DNA of 64,000 nucleotides from an uncultured Candidatus Saccharibacteria bacterium (GCA_964394435.1 CAYMXN010000002.1:78196-142195), one strand, 5' to 3'. Counted from the first letter of the stretch, positions 9,125 through 18,734 are shown. Made by a program: numbers and translations. The notes: generated from the sequence alone by a model not told the origin.

Positions 9125-9132
9125 GATATAGA

Positions 9133-9723
9133 TCACTCTCCGAGAAACGACTCAAGCTTCCTGCGACGAACTGGGTGCTGAAGCCTTCGGACTGCTTCGA
9201 GGCATAGTTGCCTAACCCGCTCTCGGCTTAGACCTATTTCTCGCCCGATTGCCGCATGGGTCATTCCTTCAAGAAAATGCTTGCGAACAATCAAAGCATC
9301 CTTTGGGTTGAGCGTTCCAAGCACCTTCCCGATTAATGCACGAAGCTCCTTCTGCTCGGCTCCTTCACTCGCCGGCCCGGCGGGAAGAGTAGCAAATGCA
9401 GTCGCGCGCCCCAACATCCTCACAGGAATAGCTCGCGTCGCCTCGAAGGTCTTCGGCGTGGTTAGGAACTCTTGCGTGAAGACTTTCTCCGGCCAAAGCT
9501 CGGAAACGCTCTTCCTGGTTAATTCGAAGAGCTTCGCCGCCACCAGCGGACTGACCTCCTTCGGTCTTTTCCGCATATTGACCCACCGCCCGAATGTGAC
9601 ATGATCCACTCCGACGAATTCTGCGCCCTGCTTTTGCGTCCAGCCACGCCTGCGCAACGCCTCCCAGAGGATGCCGTGCTTAAGCTGTGCGCGGATTGCG
9701 ATCGGAAACCTTGATTCGGACAT
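9133..9723 (-). CDS. GC-rich cassette gene encoding a DNA-binding protein with an XRE-like HTH and a sigma-70 region-4-like HTH.
   Basis: The C-terminus THAAIGREIGLSRERVRQLCLEAVRRL matches sigma70 region 4.2. The N-terminal WTQKQGAEFVGVDHVTFGRW is HTH-like. GC content is high against the surrounding DNA. Its own SD is GGAGG with a 5-nt spacing, and a TTGACG-N17-CACAAT promoter lies at about 9745-9775 on the minus strand. Confidence 0.55.
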   Translation of the reverse strand: MSESRFPIAIRAQLKHGILWEALRRRGWTQKQGAEFVGVDHVTFGRWVNMRKRPKEVSPLVAAKLFELTRKSVSELWPEKVFTQEFLTTPKTFEATRAIPVRMLGRATAFATLPAGPASEGAEQKELRALIGKVLGTLNPKDALIVRKHFLEGMTHAAIGREIGLSRERVRQLCLEAVRRLQHPVRRRKLESFLGE

Positions 9724-9814
9724 ACCGACCTCCTACAAAAATAACCGTTCCTATTGTGAAATATATTCTTTATTTCGTCAAACAAAAGCAAGCTCCGATG
9801 TGAGTCCGATTTTA

Positions 9815-11521
9815 TTAAATTCTCTCAAGAACTTTAATGCCAAGCAGGCTCAATCCTTGTTTCATCGCCTGCGCGACGTTGCTGATTAAAACTAACCGAG
9901 CGTTTTTGCGTAACTCGTTTTCGTCGTTTAACACCCTCACCTGTTCGTAGAACTGGCTCGTTAATTTAGCGAGATCAAACACATACTTTGCTAGGTGGCT
10001 GGTGAAGTTTGTTTCTACACACAGCGCGACTACATCCGGCAGGTCGAGAATCTTTTTAGACAACTCCTGCTCAACTGGTTCGGTGAGTAAACTCAAGTCA
10101 GCCTTTTTAATCTTGCCGGCTTTTTCTAAGATGCTCATCAGCCTGGCGTACGTGTACTGGAGGTATGGGGCGCTATCACCGGCGAAATCGAGCATCTGCT
10201 CCCAGTTGAAGATAATGTCGGACTGCCTGTTTTCTTTGAGGTCGTTGTACTTAAGCGCACCAATACCGACAATTTCGGCGATTTCTTTCTGGCGCTCTGC
10301 GGACAAATTGCTGTTTTTTATTTTTACCCTTTCAATGGCGAGCTCAACGATTTTATCCATCAACTCTTCAAGACGAATCGCCCTGCCCTCACGAGTTGAA
10401 AACTTTTTCCCGTCTTCGCCAAGCACCATTCCGTACTTAATATGCTCGGACTCGGTTTTTATACCCAGGAGCTTATCAATCGCAAATAACTGGCTAAAGT
10501 GGAGTGCTTGGTCGTTGGCTACTACGTGTAAAATCTTGGCTGGTTTGTACTTTTTCTCACGATAAAGTGCGGTCGCGATATCGCGGGTTATATACAGACT
10601 CGCCCCGTCAGACTTTTGTACAAGCGCCGGTGGCAAACCGAACTGATCAAGTGGAACAATAATCGAACTCCCCTCGCCAGGCTTGGCGATAGTTTTCTTG
10701 AGTAACGCTAATACTGCCGGCAAATCACGTTCGAAAAATCCTTCGCCTAAATCAACGTCAAAGTGAATACCGAGGCGCGTAAACAATTTATTAAATGCGA
10801 CCATCGACTCATCCTTAAACCACTGCCAGAGCTTGCGATTCTCTTTGTCCCCCTGCTCGAGCTTACGAAACTCTTCTTGGCCCACATTTTCCAAATCCGG
10901 ACGATGCTTAATCTCGTCGTGGAAGCGCACATAAAGTGCGAGCAGTGTTTCGATCGGGTCGCGCTCAACCGAGGCGCGGTCTCCCCACATCTTGTACGCG
11001 GAAATCAGTTTTCCAAACTGCGTGCCCCAGTCGCCAATCCAGTTCCAGCGAATCACCTTATACCCTGACGCCTGATACATATTTGAAAGCGCCTCGCCGA
11101 TGATCATTGAGCGAAGGTGTCCGACGTGCGCCGGCTTGGCGATATTGAGCGACGCGTACTCGATAATCACCTTTTGCCCATCGCCGATATTTGTAAATGC
11201 GAACCCCTTTTTAAAAATGCGCTCGAGTTGAGTCGCAAGATATCCCTGGCTCAAGGTGAAATTAATAAAGCCCGGAGCGACAGCCTCAATACTGCTAAAC
11301 ATTCCCTTTTTGTCGGCGAGCTTAAGCTGCTGTGCAAACTTAGTTGCGATATCAAGCGGATTACTTTTGAGTTCCTTTGCCAAACGCATCGCAACGTTAG
11401 TCGCGTAGTGGCCGAACTCCTTTGCTTTTGGTACATCAAGAGCGGGCTCAAAGGAGAGCTTGAGTGTGTTCTTAATAAAGTCTTTTACGGCTTGTTGGGT
11501 CATTGCTTCAATTATACGCAA
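9815..11521 (-). CDS. argS: Arginyl-tRNA synthetase.
   Basis: HIGH region HVGHLRSMIIGEALSNM and a KFSTREG (KMSK-like) motif; length 568 aa. Confidence 0.85.
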   Translation of the reverse strand: MRIIEAMTQQAVKDFIKNTLKLSFEPALDVPKAKEFGHYATNVAMRLAKELKSNPLDIATKFAQQLKLADKKGMFSSIEAVAPGFINFTLSQGYLATQLERIFKKGFAFTNIGDGQKVIIEYASLNIAKPAHVGHLRSMIIGEALSNMYQASGYKVIRWNWIGDWGTQFGKLISAYKMWGDRASVERDPIETLLALYVRFHDEIKHRPDLENVGQEEFRKLEQGDKENRKLWQWFKDESMVAFNKLFTRLGIHFDVDLGEGFFERDLPAVLALLKKTIAKPGEGSSIIVPLDQFGLPPALVQKSDGASLYITRDIATALYREKKYKPAKILHVVANDQALHFSQLFAIDKLLGIKTESEHIKYGMVLGEDGKKFSTREGRAIRLEELMDKIVELAIERVKIKNSNLSAERQKEIAEIVGIGALKYNDLKENRQSDIIFNWEQMLDFAGDSAPYLQYTYARLMSILEKAGKIKKADLSLLTEPVEQELSKKILDLPDVVALCVETNFTSHLAKYVFDLAKLTSQFYEQVRVLNDENELRKNARLVLISNVAQAMKQGLSLLGIKVLERI

Positions 11522-11528
11522 CTATCCT

Positions 11529-11715
11529 AAAATGAAAATCGGCGACCTCTTCCTGCGGGCAGGAAAAGGTCGCCGAATGAATCCGTCAGTGCGGATGCTT
11601 GCAGCTCGTCTCGAGCAATCCCTTGCCGAAGCGACTGTCGGCCATCCGGCAGAAGAGCTTACAGGCGAGCCGAACCGGCGCCAGAATCAGGCTCATGAGC
11701 CTCCTTTCGTGCGCC
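11529..11715 (-). other. GC-rich structured element or mini-cassette immediately 5' of argS.
   Basis: A GC-rich patch of about 190 bp on the minus strand. It contains AGGAGG-ctc-ATG and a 36-aa Cys/Arg-rich ORF (11586-11696). It ends with a strong hairpin (ggcgacctcttcctgcgggcaggaaaaggtcgcc) followed by a U-run, then the TATAAT -10 box and ATG of argS. It could alternatively be a cis-regulatory leader or an ncRNA. Confidence 0.35.
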
Positions 11716-11795
11716 GTTGCCGTGGGCGCATTCATTTATTATGCCAAAAAATGCTGCTTTAGGCAATTTATGCTATTAATGAGTATAATTGAACT

Positions 11796-12248
11796 ATGCT
11801 CAAGAAAATGGAGATATTTGCGGAAAACCGAACAGCTAAATTTGACTATGAGATTATCGACACGTTTGAGGCGGGTATCGCCCTACTCGGCGGCGAGGTC
11901 AAATCTATTCAAAGCGGTAGAGTAAATCTCACCGGCTCGATTATTCGCTTTGAGAAAGGAAAACTCGCACTCTTAAACGCCGATATCCCTGCGTATCAGC
12001 CCAATAACGCCTCGGAGGGTTATGTGCCGACACGTCCACGCTTTTTGCTTTTAAAGAAAAATGAAATCGCAAAAATCGCTGATTATCTCGACCAACGCAC
12101 ATTGACAATACTGCCTATTTCGGTTTATAATAATGGTAATCTCATCAAGCTGAAGATAGCGGTTGGGCGCAAGCGTAAGAAATCAGACAAGCGAGCCGTT
12201 ATAAAGAAGCGAGAGACCTCACGAGAAATCCAGAGGACTCTGAGATAA
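11796..12248 (+). CDS. smpB: SsrA-binding protein.
   Basis: KFDYEIIDTFEAGIALLGGEVKSI is typical of SmpB. The gene lies directly upstream of the tmRNA. Confidence 0.85.
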   Translation: MLKKMEIFAENRTAKFDYEIIDTFEAGIALLGGEVKSIQSGRVNLTGSIIRFEKGKLALLNADIPAYQPNNASEGYVPTRPRFLLLKKNEIAKIADYLDQRTLTILPISVYNNGNLIKLKIAVGRKRKKSDKRAVIKKRETSREIQRTLR

Positions 12249-12254
12249 CACATG

Positions 12255-12580
12255 GGGACGCCAGGCTTTGACGGCGCGTCTTGTGTGTATCATGCAAGCC
12301 GAGCAGAATTAACTCGTAAATCTGATTCAAACTTACTAAACTGCCAACTTTACTCGCGAGAGCAATTTTGCTTTAGCCTACGCCTAGCGTAAGCCATCGG
12401 CCTATCGACATCCCATAGGTAGATCCCGGTGTTATATTGGGAATAAGAATCGCTTAGTTGAACACGCGCGGCGATTACGAAAATCCAGGTGTTCGGAAGA
12501 TCTCACGTTTTGAGACCTAAGCTTGTAGAGTGATACATATGAACGCATCGGACGGGATTTCAATATCCCCGTCTCCACCA
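12255..12580 (+). ncRNA. ssrA: Transfer-messenger RNA (tmRNA).
   Basis: The 5' end GGGGACGCCAGGCUUUGACGG forms a tRNA-like acceptor/D region. The 3' end GGACGGGAUUUCAAUAUCCCCGUCUCCACCA is a T-arm plus acceptor ending in CCA. The internal reading frame ...GCC AAC UUU ACU CGC GAG AGC AAU UUU GCU UUA GCC UAC GCC UAG gives a candidate tag peptide ANFTRESNFALAYA. The gene is adjacent to smpB. Confidence 0.8.
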
Positions 12581-12590
12581 GAAGACACAA

Positions 12591-12610
12591 AAAACGCCCT
12601 AGGGCGTTTT
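12591..12610 (+). terminator. Intrinsic terminator after the tmRNA.
   Basis: Palindrome aaaacgccctagggcgtttt. Confidence 0.7.
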
Positions 12611-12646
12611 TTGGACTATTTTTAAAAGGAGGGGCATAATTTATAA

Positions 12647-13375
12647 ATGAGCATTAAAGGAATATTATTCCCCTTTCGTAAACGCTATAAAGATCTCCAG
12701 TCTAAATGGTGGCACCGCTTACTCGTGGTTGCTTTCGCAGTCTTTCTCTGCTTCTATGCATATCTTCTAGCGATTGATTTGATAGAAGACAGCTCGCATA
12801 CGCCACGAAATACAAACTATGTATCTCTAGCGCAGTTCACTAAAGAATACTCTGGATCTGGTAATGCTATTAAACCGTTTTTAGCTAAAAGTTGGACGGT
12901 TGCATGCCTTCAACGCAATACTTTTTCTGACCTATATACCGCTAGCTTTGGCAATGAATTAGTCTCTGGAAATGGCAAATTTAATTTTAGTGGAGGAGAT
13001 TTTTTGGCTAACGCATCATACTGCAACGCGAATCTTAGAGAAAACATCCCTGATTTTATTCGACAACTCCAAGAGAAAGCTCCAAATGTTGAAAAGATGT
13101 ACAAAAATCAAGGAGTTGATTTAACTGAGGCCTTGAACACCTACATTGATCGAAATCCGAGTAATTTATGTATAATTCACCCATCTGTAAAATGTGGCAT
13201 CAAAAACTTGAGCGATCCAGATCAAATCGTCATATTTAGCCCATCCTACAAATTAAATCTCTATGTACTGGGGGCAGGGGTTATAATTTTGCGTATCTAT
13301 TTATTGAGCCTATTTATTCAATTCCTATACTATTTCGGACTCCTCTATGTAATTCTTGGCAAAGAAAATGGCTAA
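12647..13375 (+). CDS. Hypothetical membrane protein (AT-rich island gene 1).
   Basis: An N-terminal TM and C-terminal TMs. The SD is AAGGAGG. The region is AT-rich relative to its neighbours. Confidence 0.5.
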   Translation: MSIKGILFPFRKRYKDLQSKWWHRLLVVAFAVFLCFYAYLLAIDLIEDSSHTPRNTNYVSLAQFTKEYSGSGNAIKPFLAKSWTVACLQRNTFSDLYTASFGNELVSGNGKFNFSGGDFLANASYCNANLRENIPDFIRQLQEKAPNVEKMYKNQGVDLTEALNTYIDRNPSNLCIIHPSVKCGIKNLSDPDQIVIFSPSYKLNLYVLGAGVIILRIYLLSLFIQFLYYFGLLYVILGKENG

Positions 13376-13670
13376 TTGGCTCAAACAAAATTGGTTTAAG
13401 ATAAGTTTGATAGGCTGCTTGTTAATTTACCTTATGCTCGCAATTAGTTCTCAAGCGGGTAAATTTTCCCCCGGCAAGTGCGTACAGGGACTGGACGGGT
13501 ATATATGGCACATAAATAGATTGAATATGGGAGAATATTACTTAATGGGATGGCAAGGTAAGGCATGGGGCAATGAGGTTAAGTTGGATAAAAGCATACT
13601 GGAAAGAAAAACTATTTCGGGAATCCCCGAATATCACGAAATAGAATGCCTTGAATTTAACCCAAGTTAA
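13356..13670 (+). CDS. Hypothetical small secreted or membrane protein.
   Basis: N-terminal hydrophobic segment; overlaps the upstream ORF by 20 nt. Confidence 0.4.
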   Translation: MAKKMANWLKQNWFKISLIGCLLIYLMLAISSQAGKFSPGKCVQGLDGYIWHINRLNMGEYYLMGWQGKAWGNEVKLDKSILERKTISGIPEYHEIECLEFNPS

Positions 13671-13770
13671 AAGACTGTCCTCGACAGAATAGACGATAAT
13701 CGCTCACGCTCCCTCATGAACTGATTCCAAAAGACTGCTCCTGAAGACACCAAAAAGGAAGGATTCATCA

Positions 13771-14031
13771 GTGTTTCCCCTTTTTGCCTATTATAGGGGG
13801 GAGAAAAATAAAAATACAACATCCCGAATGACTAAAAAAGAATTTTTTTGGATCACGATCTATCTCCTGGCTTTAGGTGTTGCTGCGTACTTCGACAACA
13901 AGCACGATAAAGAGTATGAGGAATTTCAGTCTAGGATAACGCCAGAAATAAGAGAGCAATTTAAAAGATGTATTAATGATACTAATAGCTATAAAGACTT
14001 CCAAGAATGCGAAAGTAAAATAAAATTCTAA
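13771..14031 (+). CDS. Hypothetical small membrane protein.
   Basis: Single TM FFWITIYLLALGVAAYF. Confidence 0.4.
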   Translation: MFPLFAYYRGEKNKNTTSRMTKKEFFWITIYLLALGVAAYFDNKHDKEYEEFQSRITPEIREQFKRCINDTNSYKDFQECESKIKF

Positions 14032-14492
14032 TGTCTCCTGCTTTCGCTAAGCTTTTTAAATTGACCATAATCCCCTTGGCAATTTTCAGTTGCGTCTACG
14101 CAACACTCAACCAGCTACTGCCGGAACCAATTCAAGGCTGGACATCAGAAAAGACATCGCTTGAAATGGAGCCTGAAAATATCAATCTGACTAGCGTCAA
14201 GATAATTGATCTCGCAGGATATTTATCTGCTGTTGATGAAGTTGGAGATTCTCAATTTAGTACGTTTGTTTCAAAAAATTTAGACGAACGCTGTCCTTTC
14301 TATGAGCCAAATGGGATCGCCTACCGAGATTGTCTATATGCTTTTGCGGAAGAACAGCGAGCTTTATTTAAGGGTAGCGAAGCTAAAATTGAAGAAGTTG
14401 AACAGTATTGCAATTTAATTAGCGAAAAGTATTTTCCGAGCCTTAAAGGGATTGAACTCTATAATTGGTGCCTGGCGTATAAATTCAGCTAG
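14031..14492 (+). CDS. Hypothetical secreted protein.
   Basis: Signal-peptide-like N-terminus; the start overlaps the stop of the previous ORF (ATGTCT/TAATG overlap). Confidence 0.45.
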   Translation: MSPAFAKLFKLTIIPLAIFSCVYATLNQLLPEPIQGWTSEKTSLEMEPENINLTSVKIIDLAGYLSAVDEVGDSQFSTFVSKNLDERCPFYEPNGIAYRDCLYAFAEEQRALFKGSEAKIEEVEQYCNLISEKYFPSLKGIELYNWCLAYKFS

Positions 14493-14534
14493 CAGACCCG
14501 TTGATTTAGCTAGGATTTGTGCTAAAATCTTCGC

Positions 14535-15041
14535 ATGTTACCAAACCGCATCAATAATCAGATTACCGCACCAGAGGTGCGCGTTATCGATGAGAACGAC
14601 GAAAACGTTGGCGTTTTAGCGATCGCTGAAGCTTTGAAGGTTGCGAAAGAGCGGGGACTCGACTTGATTGAGATTTCAGCTGAAGCAAAGCCGCCGGTTT
14701 GTAAGATTATCAGCTTTGACAAGTTCCGCTATCAGCAGGAGAAAAAGCTCAAGAAGCAAAAAGCGGCGCAGAAAAACACTGGTGGCAATAAGCAGGTGCA
14801 AATCAGTATCCGTGAGGCGAAAAACGACCTCATTATGAAGGCTAACCGTGTAAATGAGTTTTTGAGCGAAGGAAACAATGTGGAAGTTCTACTCCAGCTT
14901 CGTGGACGCGAAAAAGGCAATCGCGATTTCGCCCGCAAGAAAGTCGATGAGTTCTTATTGATGATTACGCCAAATCACACGATTATCGGCGGACCTTCGA
15001 ACGGAATGAGCGGTATTAGCACGCTTTTGGCTAAAAAGTAG
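14535..15041 (+). CDS. infC: Translation initiation factor IF-3.
   Basis: PNRINNQITAPEVRVIDENDENVGV matches the IF-3 N-domain. The gene order infC-rpmI-rplT is conserved. A TTGATT-N16-TAAAAT promoter lies upstream. Confidence 0.85.
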   Translation: MLPNRINNQITAPEVRVIDENDENVGVLAIAEALKVAKERGLDLIEISAEAKPPVCKIISFDKFRYQQEKKLKKQKAAQKNTGGNKQVQISIREAKNDLIMKANRVNEFLSEGNNVEVLLQLRGREKGNRDFARKKVDEFLLMITPNHTIIGGPSNGMSGISTLLAKK

Positions 15042-15115
15042 CCCTCCCCTTGCTAAATCTCCAGCCGTCTGCTATTATCGGTTTATCTTTTTATTAGGTC
15101 CTCTGGACTTTTTTT

Positions 15116-15301
15116 ATGAGAAAAACAGTTGCAAAACGAATTAGAATAACCAAAACCGGCAAGATCATGCGCCGTAAAATGGGTGTTGACCACTTCCGTG
15201 TTCGCAAGAGCAAGGGTCAAAAGCGTGGACAGAAACACAGTCTCGCCGTTCACTCATCTGACCGCCGTATTTTCATGCAGCAAATGCACCGTATTGGATA
15301 A
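15116..15301 (+). CDS. rpmI: 50S ribosomal protein L35.
   Basis: MRKTVAKRIRITKTGKIMRRKMG... Confidence 0.85.
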   Translation: MRKTVAKRIRITKTGKIMRRKMGVDHFRVRKSKGQKRGQKHSLAVHSSDRRIFMQQMHRIG

Positions 15302-15316
15302 TCACTACCTACATTT

Positions 15317-15661
15317 ATGACACGCGTAAAACGAGGAACACTCAATACCCGCAAGCGAAAAAAGACCCTGAAATACACCAAGGGCTTTAAGTGGGGCCGT
15401 AAGAGCAAAGAGGCGGCAGCCAAAGAAGCCTTACTCCACGCCTGGACTCACCAGTTTATGGGTCGCAAGAAGCGTAAACGAGACTTCCGCTCACTCTGGA
15501 CTGTAAAGATGAACGCCGCACTCCGCGAAAACGGAACGACCTACAGCAAGTTCATCGGTGCGCTCAAGAAAGCCAACGTCAAGCTTGATCGCAAGACGCT
15601 CGCCGATCTCGCCGAGCACCAGCCAGAAGTATTCACGAAAATCGTCTCCTTGGTTAAGTAG
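15317..15661 (+). CDS. rplT: 50S ribosomal protein L20.
   Basis: MTRVKRGTLNTRKRKKTLKYTKGFKWGRK... Confidence 0.9.
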   Translation: MTRVKRGTLNTRKRKKTLKYTKGFKWGRKSKEAAAKEALLHAWTHQFMGRKKRKRDFRSLWTVKMNAALRENGTTYSKFIGALKKANVKLDRKTLADLAEHQPEVFTKIVSLVK

Positions 15662-15670
15662 CCAAACATA

Positions 15671-15690
15671 AAACCGCCGAAAGGCGGTTT
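15671..15690. terminator. Bidirectional terminator.
   Basis: aaaccgccgaaaggcggttt with flanking T/A runs. Confidence 0.6.
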
Positions 15691-15692
15691 TA

Positions 15693-16217
15693 TTATTTTA
15701 CTTCTTTAGGTGGCTCGACTACCTGCTTATTTGCTGCTGCCGGCACCTTGCCCTTTTGGAGGAAGTTATAGGCTTTTTCCAAAATCTTTACACTGTCTTT
15801 ATATCTACCCATAATCTTTTTCGCTTCTGAAAACTTGAACCAGCCATACCCTTCGTGCTCGTCCGAGACTGTGATGTTTGGCTGCTTGGTTTCGGCAAGA
15901 TATAAGATAACTACTTTAAAGATACGGTCGTTACCGCGGCGGTAGAAAAACTTCTCAAATGCTTTAAAATTGCCGACGAGTTTAAGCTCGGTCGACTTGA
16001 GTCCTGTCTCCTCGCGTACTTCACGGAAAGCCGCTTGCCAGCTGCGCTCGGCCTGTTCGAGCTTACCCTTTGGGAAGTTCCAGTAATCGCGCCCGTGGTA
16101 GAGGATTAAGAACTTTATACCCTCTTTGGTGCGGCGAAATACGATAATACCCGCGGAAATAATACGAGTAGCCTTTGTGTCTAAAGGCTGATTTTCTTTC
16201 TCCTTATTCAATTCCAT
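15693..16217 (-). CDS. NUDIX hydrolase (Ap4A/nucleoside-polyphosphate hydrolase-like).
   Basis: Nudix box REVREETGL within a GKLE...REVREETG context. Confidence 0.6.
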   Translation of the reverse strand: MELNKEKENQPLDTKATRIISAGIIVFRRTKEGIKFLILYHGRDYWNFPKGKLEQAERSWQAAFREVREETGLKSTELKLVGNFKAFEKFFYRRGNDRIFKVVILYLAETKQPNITVSDEHEGYGWFKFSEAKKIMGRYKDSVKILEKAYNFLQKGKVPAAANKQVVEPPKEVK

Positions 16218-16250
16218 TACCGCCAGTTTACCACACCTCTGCCGTTTTTT

Positions 16251-18734
16251 CTATTTTTCAGACTGCTCAAAAACAAAGCTGTGTCCGTTGTGCGAAACTG
16301 TCAGTGTACAGCCCCGAGGAATCTCGCCTTTAAGTACCTGCTCGGCTAAAACACCCCGGATTTGCTCTGAAATGACCTTGCGCAGCGGGCGAGCACCAAA
16401 AACCGGGTCGTAGCCCAACTCGGCGATTTTTTGTACCGCGGTGGCGTCAAATGAGAGGTCTACTGCTTGCGCTTGCTGCATCGCACTAATCACCTCTTCC
16501 AGGTTAAGCTTGGCGATTTCTATCGTGTCAGCCCGACTCAAGCTCTTGAAGACGATAATATCGGAAAAGCGATTGAGGAGCTCCGGCTTGAAGTATTCGA
16601 CGAGGCGTTTCTTTAATAGATCGGAAATGGTGCTGATCGAGGTGCCCTTTTCAATTTCTTCTTTAATCAATCCCGAGTGAGCATTGCTGGTTGCGATAAT
16701 AATCGTATTGGTAAAATCTACGGCACGGCCAACACTATCGTTCATCTTGCCGTCATCGAAAATCGCCAAGAATAAATTAAGAATGTCGGGATGCGCTTTT
16801 TCAAACTCATCCAGCAAGATGAGTGAGTATGGTCGCTCGAGTACCGCGTCGGCAAGCGCACCGGAAACCGAACCATCAGATGAACCGATGAAACTGACGA
16901 TACTCTCCTTTGTTTGATACTGTGACATATCAAAACGTGTCATTAGGTCTTTTGAGCCGAATTGGATTTTAGCGATTATCTTACTTAACTCGGTTTTACC
17001 GACACCAGTTGGTCCGACGAATAAAAATGTGGCGATTGGCCCGCCCTTGCGCGAAAGACCGCTCCGATACTCTCGTAATGCACTACTGACCGCCTTAACC
17101 GCCTCGTCTTGATCAATAAATGATTTATGAATGGTCTCTTCGAGTTTTAAGAGTTGCTTCGCCTCGCCCGCACCGACTGTGTGAAGTGGGATATTAATCT
17201 TTTGTTCGGCTACCGCAACTACGTCATCACCCTTGATAAGACTCTTCCCTTTCTGCATCGCGTCAGCGAGTGTTTCTTTAAGCAAGTCTTCGGCCGAGCC
17301 AGGGAGCAGTTTATCGCGGAAGTATTTGTGGCTTAAACGTACCGCTTCTTTGATCGCGCTAAAGGTAATTACTACTTTGGTTTTCTGCTCGAGGAGCATA
17401 CCCTGGTAAACCAGGTACTGCGTTGCTTGTGCCTCACTCACCTCTTGCACCCGCACTTCTTCAAATGCGCCCTTAAAACTCGAATTAGGCTCGATAAATT
17501 GCTTATACTCGCGCGGCAGCGTCGTGCCAACTACGGAAAATAAACTTGAGCGAATAGCTGGCAAGAAAATGTCTGCTGCCGACATTCGCATCTCACCGGA
17601 AGTCTTAACGAGATTATGCATATCCGGAACATACAGAATAATATTACCCGCGGCGACAATCTCTTCGAGTACTGCATTTAACCTCTCTTGGACATCTCCT
17701 TCGTGGGCGCCTGCGACCAAGCTCCCGATATCTAGCATCACTAAGCGCTTATCAAACAGCGGCGATGGAACGCGGTCTTTGATGATTTGAAATGCGAGGT
17801 GTGTAATCAGACTCTCCTTACCCGCACCTGGCTCGCCGATAAGGAGTGCGTTTGGATTGCCTGGACGAGAGAGCACGCTCACGAGACGCTCATACTCCTG
17901 CTCGTGTCCGATTAAAAACCCCGCCTCACCCGCTCGCACTAAGTCGGTAATATCTGTCGAGTACTCATCTAATATTGGCGTTGGTCGGGCGGTCCACGCA
18001 CGATTCATAACTCGATGCCGTTGATGGAGCGGTTTGCCTAAAAATCCGGTAAGCGTAAATGGCGTTTTTTTGCTAAATAATAATGCGGCATCTAAGTCGC
18101 CGGTATTAATATCAAATAGCGCGAACAGTCGTTTAATGCGAACACCCCCAACCTCGCTCAATGCGGAAAGAATATCTTTTGGCTCGATGCTTGCCGAAAA
18201 ACTTCCTCGCGCCTTTATCAAAGCCGAGAGGACGATCTTTTCAAGTTGTTCGGCGAGCGCATCCTTAGCTACCCGCTGCTTACCTGACTCTTGTAGGTAT
18301 CCGTCGATTTTAGCTATTAAATCGGCACTCCCTACATCCATACGAAGCATCGCCTTCTTAATCTCGCGACGCTTTAATAACTCGGAGAGCAAGCGAAGTT
18401 CGATATCTCCTCCTGCGACCGCAACCTGGTCGTACGCGCCCTCAATCGCTGCATACGCAGCTGGGTCGAGATACATTCGCGCGTTCGCATGAGCTGCTGA
18501 CAATCGAGAAAGTGGGCGCTCTGGTTTGCCAAGATGATAGAGGCGTTCAATAATAAACAACATGACGAGAGCGCCAAACGACTGAAGCCAGGCGACATCA
18601 GAGATAATACCTACAACCGCTCCGGCGAGCAGAAATCCATATGAAAAGTACGAGATAAGCCGGACAAAAAAGCGCCCGACCGCGGTCATTTTTAACCTTG
18701 GATCTTGATAATAGATTTCTATTTCTTTAGCCAT
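16251..18734 (-). CDS. Clp/Hsp100-family AAA+ chaperone ATPase with two AAA modules, an N-terminal membrane anchor and a degenerate D1 module.
   Basis: Two N-terminal TM segments, then Clp_N-like repeats. D1 reads LLIGEPGAGKES (Walker A Thr replaced by Glu) and IILYVPDMH (Walker B DE replaced by PD). D2 is canonical: FVGPTGVGKTEL and LILLDEFEKAHPD. Confidence 0.75.
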   Translation of the reverse strand: MAKEIEIYYQDPRLKMTAVGRFFVRLISYFSYGFLLAGAVVGIISDVAWLQSFGALVMLFIIERLYHLGKPERPLSRLSAAHANARMYLDPAAYAAIEGAYDQVAVAGGDIELRLLSELLKRREIKKAMLRMDVGSADLIAKIDGYLQESGKQRVAKDALAEQLEKIVLSALIKARGSFSASIEPKDILSALSEVGGVRIKRLFALFDINTGDLDAALLFSKKTPFTLTGFLGKPLHQRHRVMNRAWTARPTPILDEYSTDITDLVRAGEAGFLIGHEQEYERLVSVLSRPGNPNALLIGEPGAGKESLITHLAFQIIKDRVPSPLFDKRLVMLDIGSLVAGAHEGDVQERLNAVLEEIVAAGNIILYVPDMHNLVKTSGEMRMSAADIFLPAIRSSLFSVVGTTLPREYKQFIEPNSSFKGAFEEVRVQEVSEAQATQYLVYQGMLLEQKTKVVITFSAIKEAVRLSHKYFRDKLLPGSAEDLLKETLADAMQKGKSLIKGDDVVAVAEQKINIPLHTVGAGEAKQLLKLEETIHKSFIDQDEAVKAVSSALREYRSGLSRKGGPIATFLFVGPTGVGKTELSKIIAKIQFGSKDLMTRFDMSQYQTKESIVSFIGSSDGSVSGALADAVLERPYSLILLDEFEKAHPDILNLFLAIFDDGKMNDSVGRAVDFTNTIIIATSNAHSGLIKEEIEKGTSISTISDLLKKRLVEYFKPELLNRFSDIIVFKSLSRADTIEIAKLNLEEVISAMQQAQAVDLSFDATAVQKIAELGYDPVFGARPLRKVISEQIRGVLAEQVLKGEIPRGCTLTVSHNGHSFVFEQSEK

